Below are positions 1 to 12,672 of a stretch of DNA of 64,000 nt, piece by piece. This stretch comes from Halocafeteria seosinensis. Lineage: Eukaryota. The notes beneath the pieces were generated by a model that made no database searches, was not told the DNA's origin, and was given only the letters and a program-made list of their open reading frames with translations. Numbering within the stretch: the first letter of the stretch is position 1; the number at the start of each line of letters is the position of its first letter. Location: assembly GCA_001687465.1 (NCBI GenBank), contig LVLI01000696.1, positions 1 to 64,000 of the forward strand, written 5' to 3'. The translations under genes were made by a program, and so were the position numbers.

Positions 1-1208
1 CCTAGAACCAGCAGTGGGAGACTGCTTACGTCGCCAAGAGAAATGCAGACCAGTAGAGATATTGGTAAAGCCAAACGTACCAGTAAGACTCGAAAGCTTT
101 CACGTACTTGGATGAATCGTACACACTGCAGTTGAATTCTGGCATTCGATTAGGAACATGTCCATAGGCACTGTTACCAGTCCGAAATGACGAAGATGCA
201 CAGAACGCGGGTTCCACTGATAGCTTTGATTTTCCCGTCAACAAGTTCATGATTCAGTTCCACTTCTCCAATCAGGGCCAAGTTAACTACTGTAGTTAGC
301 GATGTACAAGTAGTTAATTCCAACTACCTACTACTTGTACAGGTATGTGGACAGGCCTCTCTCTTACCTCTCTCGCTACTGGCCTGATAGCCAGACGAGG
401 TCAATCTTGATGGCTTTTGTAGTTCCAGATGTCATACGGACTATAAGAGAGATCGTCATAGCGAATAGGGTATCAGATAACACAGAATCAGACCGCCATT
501 GAAGTCGTTGATTCTGTGAAGTTAAGTGTGACGGAGTCGCATTGCAGTGTCTTGTCACCCTGATGTGCAGTTCTTCCAGTGTACATATAGCAGACACAAA
601 AGCGCTGGTTTGTATACATGTATTGTGATCTCGAACCGCTTTGTGGAAATCTTTATGCATAAAATTGGAGAGTCTATATCTGTATAGTGATGTATGTTCG
701 ATAAATCTAACTGGTAGGAATGGGAACGCGAACAGGCTAGACATGTCCAAAATAAGGAGTATGAATGTAGCTCGGTGCGCACTGCCCACAAGTGGTTTCT
801 TTTTCTAACCAGAAAGTTCATGTTCCACTTGGTCTTCTACTACAGTTAGCGTCAAGTTCACTATACCGTAATACCGGCTTGCTTTGCTGGTTCGCGATGA
901 TGTAGTTTTGAGCGCTATCGCTCCTTAAGATGTACCTATCCATCCACGGCATAGCACAAAGGCTATTCCACCACCGTACATACGGGTAGTTTAGGCTGTG
1001 TCCAGCTAGGATCATTAAGGCTCACTCTGGACAATGAACAACATACCATGGCATGGCGCCTACCGATACGAAACACCACCGCAGCGTAGTAATATCCACG
1101 TGTTGTCCAGATCCTTGGCATTTAAATCAGGAATCAACTTCTTGTCTCCATTCCATTTGACTCTAATGGAGCATCCAGTGATCCTGAGAATTGGGGTTCG
1201 GGACAAAC

Positions 1209-1336
1209 TATCCCGGGATGCTCCCGCCCAGTATCCCGGGATGCTCTGCCCCGAGTATCCCGGGATGCTCTCCCGCGAGTATCCCGGGATGCTCTCCGGT
1301 TGTATCCCGGGATGCTCTCCGATGTATCCCGGGATA
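1209..1336. repeat. Tandem array of six TATCCCGGGAT(GCTC) units with palindromic core ATCCCGGGAT, period 22-24 bp
   Basis: Copies start at 1209, 1232, 1256, 1280, 1303 and 1325, separated by variable 7-9 nt linkers. Confidence 0.9.
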
Positions 1337-1964
1337 CCCTCACGAATCGCATCCCACACGCATTTTAGTACCGTACATTCGATTTTTATTGACAGTAATG
1401 TAACAGTAGAGAGTATTATACTTTTATGCATAAGAATGGTGTTTTTACAGTAGAAAGGCGGCCAAAATTGTACCATAATGCGTTTTTTCCGGCTCGAGCT
1501 TAGCCTTCGCTAGGTCGCTCAAGAATGCCTGTCATTTTAGTTATACTGAATCTTATGGAACGAAACTCCGTACACGTACTCTATATCGAATGCGGATCCT
1601 GTTCATTTGAAATGCTTCCAGAAATATGAAGAAGGATGCGATGAAAAAGGGGCATTAATGAGGGGAACTTGGTGTGAACTTCAGTGTGACGCCGTCCGCC
1701 GGGCATACCTTAAAAGAGCCTAATATCTTCGTTGGGATGACTGTCTGACCTGACGATGGTACCAAATGATTTATCGGTGATATAGCGAGGGTAATATGAC
1801 CTTGGATAGCTCCTAAGCCTTACCGGATACTCCTAGATACGATAATCTTTTTTTTCACCCTACGTGTAAGACGCCGCAGAGGACTCTATGACGATACCAG
1901 TAAAGCCTCCCGCAGGAGCGTGAGGAAGTCCCTCTGAACGGAGGGGATTACGCATTTTTGATGC

Positions 1965-2390
1965 CGTCCGCTAGGAGGACCTTTCGCGCAAGCGCGATCC
2001 TGATGAATTGATTTCCGCTGGGAGGACCCTCGTACCAACCGCGTTCCTCTCGACGAGGGGGTTCCTGCCAGAACTTCCTGGTGCCATTCACTGCTGCAAA
2101 TTCCTACTGATAGAATTGATTTGCGCTGGGTGGAGGGAGTTCCTGCCAGAACTTCCTGGTGATATCCTACTGATAGAATCGATTTCCGCTGGGAGGACCC
2201 TGCAAAGTACGTGGAAGTACAGTGTACACGTTGCTGGAACGCGACTGGCTGCAAGGCAAGCGCGAACCTAATGCCATCCTCTGGGAGGACCCTCTTACCA
2301 AATGTGTTCCTCTCGAAGAGGACGTACTGATAGAACTGATTTGTCGCTGGTAGGATCCTAAGTACACGTTGGTGGAACTCGACTGGACCA
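1965..2390. repeat. Mosaic of imperfect direct repeats
   Basis: CTGATAGAATYGATTTSCGCTGGGAGGACCCT-like units at ~2000, 2107, 2170, 2281 (partial) and 2327. GAGGGRGTTCCTGCCAGAACTTCCTGGTG occurs at 2055 and 2133. GTACACGTTG-TGGAAC-CGACTGG occurs at 2224 and 2362. Confidence 0.8.
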
Positions 2391-2580
2391 AGAAGTCCTT
2401 CATGCTTGCTAATGCACTGGCCACAAGTTGAGTGTGTGTGTGTGATGTGTATTGTTTGCATGTTTGCTAGATGTACCAGAGCTCGAAAATGAACGTTCAT
2501 CCGGCGTCTTGTAGTCAATGAATGTAGTACAGTGTAGAAGTTCCAGAACAGAGACTGTCTACGAGAGACAAACGGAAACG

Positions 2581-2787
2581 AACTTGATTCGTGTGTCCCT
2601 GATGCACCGCTGACACTGATGATCGAGGAATTGATGCCCTTCATTCATCCGGTGTATGTAGACAATGTGTTGAAATCCATCCGTGTTTTGTTGAAGTTCC
2701 AGAAGAGTTGGAAATGTTCCTGAGGTTCAACTTGATTCCTGTCTCCCCTCTGCGCTGGCGCTGATGATCGAGGGACTGATGCCCTTC
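2581..2787. repeat. Imperfect ~60-bp direct repeat
   Basis: AACTTGATTC...CTGATGATCGAGG.A.TGATGCCCTTC at 2581-2642 and 2729-2787. Confidence 0.7.
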
Positions 2788-3024
2788 CGGTTTTGCCCTC
2801 CTTCTGTCTCGGCTGTCCCTTTTCCCGTCTTCCACACGCCTCTAGTAGCTCCCCTGAAGCACCTTGGACAGTAATGCGACAAACTTTTTTTCGTCTCTAT
2901 ACGTGTCGTTTGCATTGCGACAATCAATTTTTGAGGTGCATCGATTCCGGCTGTAGGACCCTCTGTCCTCCGTCCAGAGGGAATTTTTGTGTTTTCTCCC
3001 TGTCCCCAGATCGTTTTAGACAAA

Positions 3025-5886
3025 ATGTCACACTACCATCCATATCCACCCCAGTCTCATAGTTTCCAGGTAAGTAAAGAGACCCAGCATGCGGTACAGT
3101 GGCTTCGAAATGGGAAGGAGCTTTCCCGGGAGCGCTACAAAAAAGGTCGGGGTTACTCCGGTCCCTGTAGAATCCCCTGTTGGAACATCGTCGGGTCGCG
3201 CCGGATCTTGCCCAGGCTCTGTTACTTATCATCGATGGTTTCCTCCCTTATACATGCAACTACTCGTCTTATCTCTGTTGAATATGGTTTCTGAATAGCA
3301 GCATTTTCATTGTATGGTACAACTACAGGGTCATCGTGCAAGTGAACGAGGGCAGAATCCTCGAGCTGGAAATATGATGCCATCGGTAAGATGCCTTTGC
3401 TACACTTAAATGACATAAATGACGACCTTGATCGAGTTGTTTTTCGCTTTCCGTCGTTGCAGAAGGTCGTTCACGTCCGTAATCTTCCACAGGGAGTGAC
3501 GGATGAGGACCTGGTGCAATCATTTTCCCAGTTTGGCCCCGTAGCTTACACGATGGTACTTCCTTCCCCTGGTCAAGGATTGGTGGAGTTTGCTGATGTT
3601 CACCAAGCTCAAGACGCAATGGCCTACGCCTCATCCCAGCCTGTATGTTGTCTATTCTCTTGTTCTCCCCTGAATATGTGCAGTTCTCACAACACTGTGT
3701 CTCGTTTGGCCTGTTGGTTGGTTACTGTGCAGATTTTCGTTCGAAGTGCCCCAGTTGCCATCAACTTCAGCAAATCGAATGAGATTAACCGTAATGTGGC
3801 TGCTCGTAACCAAAATCAACAACCATCTGGTCCACCTTCTCAGTATCCGCCCATGCATGGCAGCAACTACGGTGGCAATGTAGCCGCGGGTGCCCCCTCC
3901 ATGCATGCGATGCCGCCTCCTAGCTACAGCCAACACGGAGCTTCTAATAATGCTTCTGGTAATGCTCCAGGTCGAGTGTTGCTTATCAGTATTCACAAAG
4001 CAATATATCCTATCACTGTCAAAGTTATGGAAGCCATTATGAGTTCTTTTGGTCGTTTAGTGAGGATGGTCATTTTCCAGAAAGAGAGAGTGCAAGCTCT
4101 TGTCGAGTTTAGCGAAGAGAGTGAAGCCACAGCTGCCAAAAACACGTTACAAGGCAAAGACATTTATGATGGTTGTTGTACTTTACAAATTGAATACTCG
4201 CGCATGACGCAGCTGAAGGTACAATCTAATACTGAACGATCTTGGGATTTCACAAGGCCCAACTTAGATACGACACCCATTCCAGGCAAAACTCCTGATG
4301 ATATGGCCGATGAAGAGCATTTACGTGTTACAGGAAAACCATTACCGCCTCATCTTAGAAGTAACCAAACACAATTTCCATCTGAGGGTGCTATGATGGG
4401 CGCACCTCCACAGTTTTATGATCAGCCACCACCGCCGCATACTCAAGGCATGCATCCTGGACCACCTGTTGATATGTATGGAGCTCCACACCACAATCCT
4501 GCCGCCATGGGTATGCCTCCAGGTGCTCCACCCTATTATGGAGCACAAGGCATGCCCCCGCCAGGTCAAATGGGCGATATGAGATACCCCCCTCCTTCAC
4601 ACAGTAGGAATCCTCGACAGCAACCTCACCCTTATCCTCAAGGCCCACCATCATCCCAGTCCGTCAGTGGACAGAGAGCATCTGTTCCTGTAGTGATCGT
4701 TTACGATGCGGAATTTTGGCGTCTTGGGGTGAGAGAAATTTGTAATCTGGCTTGCTTGTATGGGAATGTGAATAAAGTTAAGAAGCTGGGTAAAGGCGGG
4801 TCGTTCTTGGTGGAAATGCAAGACAATGTACAAGCCCAAGGAGTCATTGACCACCTTTCTGGTCTCCCATGCTTTGGTCAAACACTTCGTTTTGACGTGT
4901 CAAAGCATCCACAAATCACCCCGGGGAACCCAGTCGCTCACACACCTGTTACTGAGATAGTTCCCGAAGATGAAATTCCAAGTGACTGCACTATAGAAGA
5001 GTCGCAGAAAGGTGTTCCTCCAGGATGTCGACGCATTACCCGTACTCGAGAGGTCTCCATGTTTGGAGACTATTCCCACTCTCCCGTTAATCGCTTCAAG
5101 CGACCGGACCAGTTCCAAAGCAATATTTTCAAGCCATCCAAGACTGTTCACTTTGGCAATGCACCTCCCGACTTAAATGAAGATCAGGTTTATGATGCGT
5201 TCGTAGAGAACAACTTGGTTCCTCCAAAGAAGATCGTGATATTTCCTGGAAGCCGCGGAAAGAGAGGGTCGGGAAAGAAGCTCGGGTTGATGGAGTTTCC
5301 ATCTTTGGAGAACGCGGTGGAAGCGATCGCTATTATGAACAATACCGAGTTTCGTACCGCAGGGGGAAAAGGAGATCGTGTCTACACGGTAAAGCTTTCC
5401 TTTTCGCAGCAAGAGATTAAAGCAAGTGGGGAATTCCGACCGAGATCCTCTTCTTCAAAGCGCTCGAGGTCAAGGTCTAGGTCTCCTAGTTGGGAGCGGC
5501 GATCATCTTCAAAGCAAGCTCGCCATAGCACGTCTCCGGAGGATGAACAACGTGAGGATTCGTACTACAATCGACGAAGTAGCAGTGAAGATCGAGATAG
5601 ATTCTCTCCACCGCATGATGCAGATAATAGCCACCATGAGGATAGCTCTCGAGATGAATTCGGCCGCGTTAAGGTAGATCGAATTCCCACCAAGCAACCA
5701 GATACAGATTACATCCAAGAGTCTGCTCACGAGGGGGACGATGAAGGTGCTGAAGATTACACCAAATCTGCCGAGGACGGAGAGGAGGCGGAACAAGAGC
5801 CTGAAGGCCCTCCTGGCATGGAAGAAGAGAGCGATCAAGTCCAGCAAGAGCATCAACCTGACGGCGTGGTCACGGACGCTGCGTAA
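3025..5886 (+). CDS. hnRNP L / PTB-family protein with four RRMs, Pro/Gly-rich linker and RS-like C-terminus (spliced)
   Basis: RRM1 KVVHVRNLP; RRM2 VLLISIHKAIYPITV...QALVEF...DIYDGCCTLQIEYS...SWDFT; RRM3 NLACLYGNV; RRM4 PSKTVHFGNAP. Probable ATG at 3025 (MSHYHPYPP) with introns at ~3070-3328, 3386-3462 and 3643-3732. Confidence 0.85.
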
Positions 5887-6060
5887 TTCTCAGGTCAATG
5901 AATATACAACTGTATGTCTGTGAAGTAGCAGTTGTTCAACATCCGCAAAGTTCGTCGGAAGTTTTCCTGGTGGGTTGTTTGTGTCATTCCCATACAAGAA
6001 TAAACAGAGTGCCTATAAAACAATTGGTATAGTGTTGTATTAAAGCCACAGAGCAAAGAA

Positions 6061-7880
6061 ATGAACGTGGATCGGTCCTTTGGCCATCGCTCCTCCTCGC
6101 AGCAAAGCACCGCGGAGAGGATACGAAGCGTATGTGTATACGATGCTTCATCATCATAGTAATCATGATCAGCATGATGATGTCGAGTGTATAACCCTAA
6201 TGGTGCAGGCGATAGAGAATGCGCGCATCATGGATGGAGATTCGGCCAAAGAATTCAGCGATATCGTAGCTCGATATGTGGATCAGAAGATGAATAAGAC
6301 CTCTGTAGATTGGTGTGTATGCACACTCATTCACTCTCTCTCTCCCTCTCTCTACAAGTGTGTATATGTGGAGTGTGCGCGCGCAGGTCTCGAATCCATC
6401 CGCCGTCAGAGGATCTGGTCATGGACCATAACCGTCTTGAAACTTGTCCACGGCAGCAAGATCTTCGTCAGGACCTTTTACAGAAGCTAGTACGTTTGGC
6501 TTGTCCCATTTTTGGCAAGTTCCGCAGCACCCCGTCTTTGGGGCTCCTGCAGGCAATTGTGAAACTGAACGGAGGATTGGGTACCAGCATGGGCTGTAGA
6601 GGACCGAAATCGGCACTAGAAGTTCGAAGTGATTTGACTTTCTTGGATATGACAGTACGGCAGATCGAAGTAAGCAGTTTGACTTGTCCTCCTTTGGCTG
6701 GTCTAATCCGTGAGAACTCGTTTGATTTTGTCGGTTGCAGTACTTGAATACGCGATATGGCGTTGACGTGCCTCTAATTCTGATGAATAGCTTCAATACG
6801 CATGATGAGACAGTTAAAATTGTTCGGAAGTATGCTGATCACAATTTGACGATACACTGCTTCATGCAGTCTTGTTTCCCTGTTATCGAAAGAGATCATC
6901 ACGCTATCCTACCCGAAGAACCTTTCTCGCCAGAGACAAAGGAGCTCTGGTATCCACCAGGTCACGGCGATGTATATCGAGCACTTGCGCGCTCCGGAGT
7001 CCTCGATAAATTATTGGACCAAGGAAAGGAATATGTCTTTATCAGTAATGTCGATAACCTGGGAGCAACAGCTGACTTCGACATCGTGTATTATTTAATC
7101 AACAATGACATCGAATTTGCTATGGAGGTCACGCAGCGTACGCGAGCAGATGTCCAAGGAGGCACTCTAATCAGCTATCAAGATGAGTCGTCACAAGGAG
7201 AAGCAAGGGATGGTGGTGCAGCTACACGACAAGGTGGTACGAGCTCTGGCAAGTCCAAACCGAAGCTTCTTGAATTAGCCCAGATTCCTGCAGCTCATCA
7301 AGACGAATTCAAGAGCCTAAAGAGGTTTAAAATGTTCAATACAAATAATATATGGGTTAGTCTTAAAGCCGTGAAACGAGCTGTTGAAGCTGATTTGCTT
7401 AAGCCTCCGGTGATCGTCACTTCACGAGTGGTAGATGATAAAGACGTCCTACAGCTAGAGACAGCAGCTGGCGCGGCTATAGAAGCCTTTGATAAAGCCA
7501 TCGGCATCAATGTGAGCCGCTCGCGCTTTATGCCCGTGAAAAGCACTTCGGATTTACTTGTCGTTCAGAGTAACATTTATGACATAAAGCATGGCTCCTT
7601 ACAACCGAAAGAAGAGAGAGAAACAGACGTCATTCCCGTTGTAAAGTTAGGACCTGAATTTGAGAAAGTGCAAGACTACAAGATGAGATTAAAGAATATC
7701 CCTGATATGCTGGAACTGGATCACTTAACCGTTTCCGGTAATGTCTTTTTCGGTCAGAAGGTCGTCTTGAAGGGAACCGTTATAATTGTCGCATTCGAAG
7801 GAGCTCGGATCGATATCCCCGATAATTCTGTGCTTGAAAATAAAGTTGTCACCGGCAACCTTCGCATTCTGGAACACTAG
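6061..7880 (+). CDS. UGP: UTP-glucose-1-phosphate uridylyltransferase (UDP-glucose pyrophosphorylase), spliced
   Basis: Motifs KLNGGLGTSMGCRGPKS, LMNSFNT, WYPPGHGD, SNVDNLGA, FNTNNIW, LQLETAAGAAI, RSRFMPVKSTSDL and the C-terminal beta-helix. Confidence 0.93.
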
Positions 7881-8343
7881 GAGTGCGCCGTCATATGCAT
7901 TTGGAGCCTGAATGGATCTAGTAACAATGCACCACCGAGGTGACACCACTCGGTTTCTGGAAGAGCATTATTGATCGACGGCGTCAGTATACGTATACAT
8001 ACCCTCGCTTTTCCCCCTACTACAGTCCGTGCTCATACTTGCAATAGAATGGGAAGCAGAAATTGTTACCATTTCTCCCGGGAATCTTCGCGTGCTTCGT
8101 CTGTCGCAAGCGAAGTTCAAGATTCCTCGGCTTCACATAGACTACATAGTACTTCCCCCCATTCAATTGAGAGCCATAGAACCCAGTGGTACAGATAACT
8201 GAGCATTCGTAGTTGATTAGACCCGAGCACGCAACTTTCAGTCCGGCGTAGGTTGCTTTACTCGCGAGTAGCTTGTCTCATTGTAGAGTCTATAGTGTCT
8301 TTTTTCTTTTTTTTTTCTTAATTCATCTGTGACACACTTCAAG

Positions 8344-10471
8344 ATGCGGTGCGGGGGAAAAATACTGTTGGTACTGTCTCTAATGACAGCAATGCGCTCT
8401 TCCCAAACATGCGCAGTGTCGCTGCAGTCCTCTGGGGAAAGTGGCAGATCTTCCCTGAGAAAACAACATAAAATTGGGCAAGCACAGAACATGGTAAATG
8501 AAGTCCACACGGAAAAAATCAATTCTCAAGAGATGCGATTGAGCGGAAAACCTGTCTACTCATTGCGTTTACAGGAAGCCTCAGACTCATCAGAAAATAG
8601 CAACGAAACTTCAGCCATATTGGCGAAGAGGAAAGGACTGAACGGCCTGAAATGGAAGTACCAACTGAAGGACTGGCCTGCGCACACTCCGCAACAGATT
8701 CATCTCAGGTAAGCACTTCAAAACCCATCACAAGAAACGATTATCACTGAATGCGGTATTGGTTTCCCTGTATAGTCTTGGGTCTTCGGAGGGTGTTGAT
8801 AGCATGTACTTCACCTGGAACACTGCTGAGAAAGTAGACGAGCCAATGGCCCAGGTGACGGAGCTGTCAACGTCCAGGCAATGGATGCTAAGTGCCACAA
8901 CTACGAAGATGGACATGGATGGAGAAACGCAATATGTTTATCGCGCATTAGCTACTGGGCTAAAGCCGAATGATACCTACGAGTATGCTGTAGGAGCACA
9001 TCAAGAACCCTGGGGACCTCCAGCACTCTTCCGCACTCGAGGATTCTCCGGAGACTTGCCAGTAATTGCCGTTATTGGAGATCTGGGACTTGTCAACGAT
9101 CAGTCACTTGGTCCCCTGAAGGCTAACGTATCAAAGAGACAATTTGATCTGGTCATTCATGCGGGAGACCTTGCGGTGAGTCACTGCGCGTCTCATCGTT
9201 GAGGGTCTAACTTTCTCACGTTACACTCCGTGATTCTGCATATCAAACCAGTACGATCTGCACGACGATGACGGGCACGTTGGAGACGAGTTTATGCAGG
9301 CTATGCAGCCCATAGCTGGGCTTGTGCCGTATCAAGTTTGCCCAGGGAACCACGAGTATGTATTGCTCTTCGCGAATTATTGCCACAACATTGCCGATGA
9401 CTGTGATTCCCTCTTCAGAACGCACAACGACTTCCAACAATACAAGGCAAGATTCACAATGCCGGGAGAAGGGCGTCTAAGCGACAACATGAGGCATTCT
9501 TTCAATTACGGGAATATTCACGTTGCCATGTTTTCCGCCGAAGTACGTTTTTCTGGTATTCGCCAGGAGAATAGCACGTATAGTTGGCACGGCTATTTGT
9601 GATACCAATCAGGCCTGGTACGGGAACGGCGATATAGAAGAGCAGTACACCTGGCTCAAAAGCGACTTAGAGGAAGTAAGTATCAGTGAATGTAAATGTG
9701 TAAGCACTGGAATCCCTCAATTTAAATACGATCAGGCGAGCAAACCCGAAAATCGCGCTGTCCGGCCGTTCATCATCGTGGTGTCACATCGTCCTATGTA
9801 TTGTTCAGCAGAGGTAAGTTGCATGATAGTTCTTCCGACAACTTCTTAAGTACGTGACGACCTTTCTCAGGGACATGCGGGATGCCGCGAGGTTGATTCT
9901 CCGGTCCGAGTAGGTGAAGGGGGTAACAACGGTGTTGAGAAGCTTCTTAAAAAGTAAGAGCAGTACATCGTGAGACATTTTATCAGACATTACAACATCT
10001 TCCTTCGAGTGAACAGATACAACGTGGACATTTACTTCTCGGGGCACGTGCACGCATACTCACGTTCCTACCCGCTCTATAACTACACGTACAATGTACC
10101 AGGCGATAACCACTATGTGGATCCAACCATGCCGGTATGTTTTCTGAATGAAAAATACAGTCCTAAGGTGAGGATATTCGTGTTTGCAAAACTCTACACA
10201 GGTACACATCATCAACGGGGCAGCTGGAAACGATGAAGGAAAGAAGATGTGGACTGAAAAAGACCCGTGGTTTGCTTTCCAGGTATGTCGCTGCATTGAT
10301 TGTGTTCGGAGACTAGCTTGTAAGTCACCATCATGAGTGGTCTTGCAGTCGAACGAATACGGCTATGGGTACCTTGAGAGCCTATCCAGCCGGAGCATCA
10401 AATGGACCTACTACTCCGCTGATACGGGAAGCATCGTGGATACCCTCCAAATAACCAAAACCACGAGATAA
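8344..10471 (+). CDS. Secreted purple acid phosphatase (FN3-like plus metallophosphoesterase, ACP7-like), multi-exon
   Basis: Signal-like N-terminus MRCGGKILLVLSLMTAM; PQQIHL; metal motifs GDLG, GDLAYD, GNHE, SHRPMY and GHVHAY; last exon ends ...TKTTR* at 10471. Confidence 0.88.
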
Positions 10472-10641
10472 TTTAAAGCGGAAAGACGAAATGGCCTTGC
10501 TCTTTTGGTAGAAAAGAAAATTACTTGATATGCGTCTTGTTTCTATCTCTCTGTATGGGTAGCACAACTCGTTAGCTCTCCCTCGTGGTTGGTACAAGCC
10601 ATCGAATGAGACAGCGCAACTGCTCGTATTGCGCTTACACT

Positions 10642-11526
10642 TTAGTCTTCCTCAGCGTTGTCCTCACTGTGCAGCATGATGCCTCGTTGTTGCTCCCCCT
10701 TTCCAAGAGTATAAACTGCCATAGACGGTGCATGAAGCACTTGTCCAATGAATAGAAATTCAGGGTGCTCATCAACTGTTACCGTTCTCTGAGTTTTGGC
10801 TTTCATAGTTGACAGTACCTGTTCATAAAATTTCTCCCAGCGTTCACCTGACATATGGCGGTTGTCCATATCCCATTCTTCAGGGTTCGTTGAGACGGTG
10901 GCCGCATTCACTATGGCGTCCTCTGCAGTTTCTTCATCCACGATCGCGGTCAGACCCGAGAGCGCTGAATGACTTCCTAAGAAGTCATACTGCATTCGCA
11001 CACACGGAAAACTTTCAGTCAAAGAGATTCATCAAAACAAATTAACTAAGGGCACAAATAGCCGTACTTCGAATAATTCACCATGTTTGCCCAAAATGTA
11101 AAAGTTGCCGGGATCATCCCCGTCAGCCAGTTTGAACTCCATCTGCAACCACACATACAAAACACACGCGTTGACCGTGAGTTTGCACCATGCTTATACA
11201 AATGGATACGCGGTTCTTCAACATCATCCTACTTTATGTTGTTGGAGATCCTCGTATAGTTGATCTGTGAGTTCCAACTTCAAGAATGCGCGTGAGCCAG
11301 TTTCGCCTCGTAATTCATCGTCATACCGCCGTAGGTGGTATTCATCGATGATGAATCGCGGGTCCGTCGCATACACAGTGTGCACGGAGCGTCTCTGTAG
11401 AGTGGCAAAGTTTGTTGGGGGCGGGAAAAGGGATTTATGGACCCAGAACGACGGTATCCCTCTCCTTTGCGAGCAGGAAGTGTGGGATCCCATGCCACCC
11501 ACACGTCGAATCATGTTGTGGATCAT
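10642..11526 (-). CDS. Hypothetical spliced protein with an Arg/Ser-rich N-terminus resembling a mitochondrial targeting peptide
   Basis: ORFs 11224-11652 and 10642-11022 can be joined through a small middle exon (MEFKLADGDDPGNFYILGKHGELFE) with GT-AG boundaries. No family recognised. Confidence 0.55.
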
Positions 11527-12208
11527 CTCTTTTTTTTTTGGTCTCGGACAGCCGTAGCAGTTCTTGGTGGGTTTATGTGTGTGACTATTTATGGAACAAT
11601 GCAAACACATGTACCGACTACCCACGTTCGCCTGTGAACTTGGTGACGTCATGCTTCAGGAAGTTTCGGCCCTACTGGAGACCTGATTATGGAATGCCTC
11701 CAATGTGCTTGAAGTCTTATTTATAAATTTATCCCTCCGAATTCGTGCACATGATGTGAGGGCAGCCTCAGAAAGGTACCTACTCGCGCACGCACCCCCA
11801 CTTGCTCTGCGTTGGGTGTTCGGATATCAGTAGCGTTCCAAACGGCAACGCCTCTACTCGATCGGTTGTGGAAAAAGTATCTTCCCGAGGCCCGTCACTG
11901 TGCATGCATGAGCGTACTTATTTCAGGTGCACCCTTGGCATTCAATTCGGGCCGGGGGCCCCGTTGACCTTCACAGATTGGCTGATTCGTTGATCCTGGT
12001 CGGGCGTATGTTTCGGTGGCTACTGCGATACTTTTGTTGTTTGATTATACGATGTATAGCCACTGCTTTCTTGGTCGGAAAGTCTGCAAATAAGTAAGTA
12101 TGTCCCTGAGATGGGTTATGAAGAATATGGTTCAACTTCACAATGCTACTCAATGGCTCCATACAATGTACAGCACTTTACTACTACTACGAAGAGAGGT
12201 AGTAAACA

Positions 12209-12643
12209 ATGATACACAGTGTAAACGTTGAGTACTGTGATCCCTGACGGTACGCCGCCAAAGTCGGTCAACTCGAGCGCCGTCTTAAGGAATACGGAAT
12301 TACCAATGTTCGGGGGGAACTAGGTCGAGAGTACGTTTTAGAAGAGGCATTTATATGATGGTTAGTCGGTATGGATAGAGCTTCTTAGTTCGTACACAGG
12401 ATGTCCTTCGAAGTTGTGGTGAACGGGAAGTACGTGGCGTTCGAAAACGCCCATACAGGGAAATGTCTTGGTGCTTTTACACAGTTTGAAGACATAGTTC
12501 AGGTAAGGACCACATTAATCGTTCTGAGTTAATGCTATGTTGCCGGGCGCGAACCTGATCACCCTAGTCCGCAGGAATTGATTGAGTTTCACAAGACGGG
12601 AGAAGTGCCGACACATTGGCGAACTCTGAAAGATGTCGCATGA
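12209..12643 (+). CDS. Rdx-family (SelW/SelT/SelH-like) selenoprotein, ~97 aa, CxxU motif
   Basis: Exons 12209-12330, 12400-12502 and 12575-12643 translate as MIHSVNVEYCDP(U)RYAAKVGQLERRLKEYGITNVRGELGREMSFEVVVNGKYVAF...KDVA*. In-frame TGA at 12245-12247; Rdx signature SFEVxVNG; SECIS downstream. Confidence 0.9.
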
Positions 12644-12672
12644 TGGCGAGTAAAGGAAAACTGTTGTTACCC

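Noticed and set aside
26..1015. Possible spliced or decayed minus-strand gene (SKYVKAF...WSAFLLAT recalls a channel pore helix)
   Set aside because: No consistent exon chain could be built and the similarity is too weak.
1209..1336. CRISPR array
   Set aside because: Linkers are only 7-9 nt and related to each other, there are no cas genes, and the context is eukaryotic.
1034..1476. Four overlapping ORFs with YPGML/SIPGY repeats
   Set aside because: By-products of the GC-rich palindromic repeat, which lacks stops in several frames.
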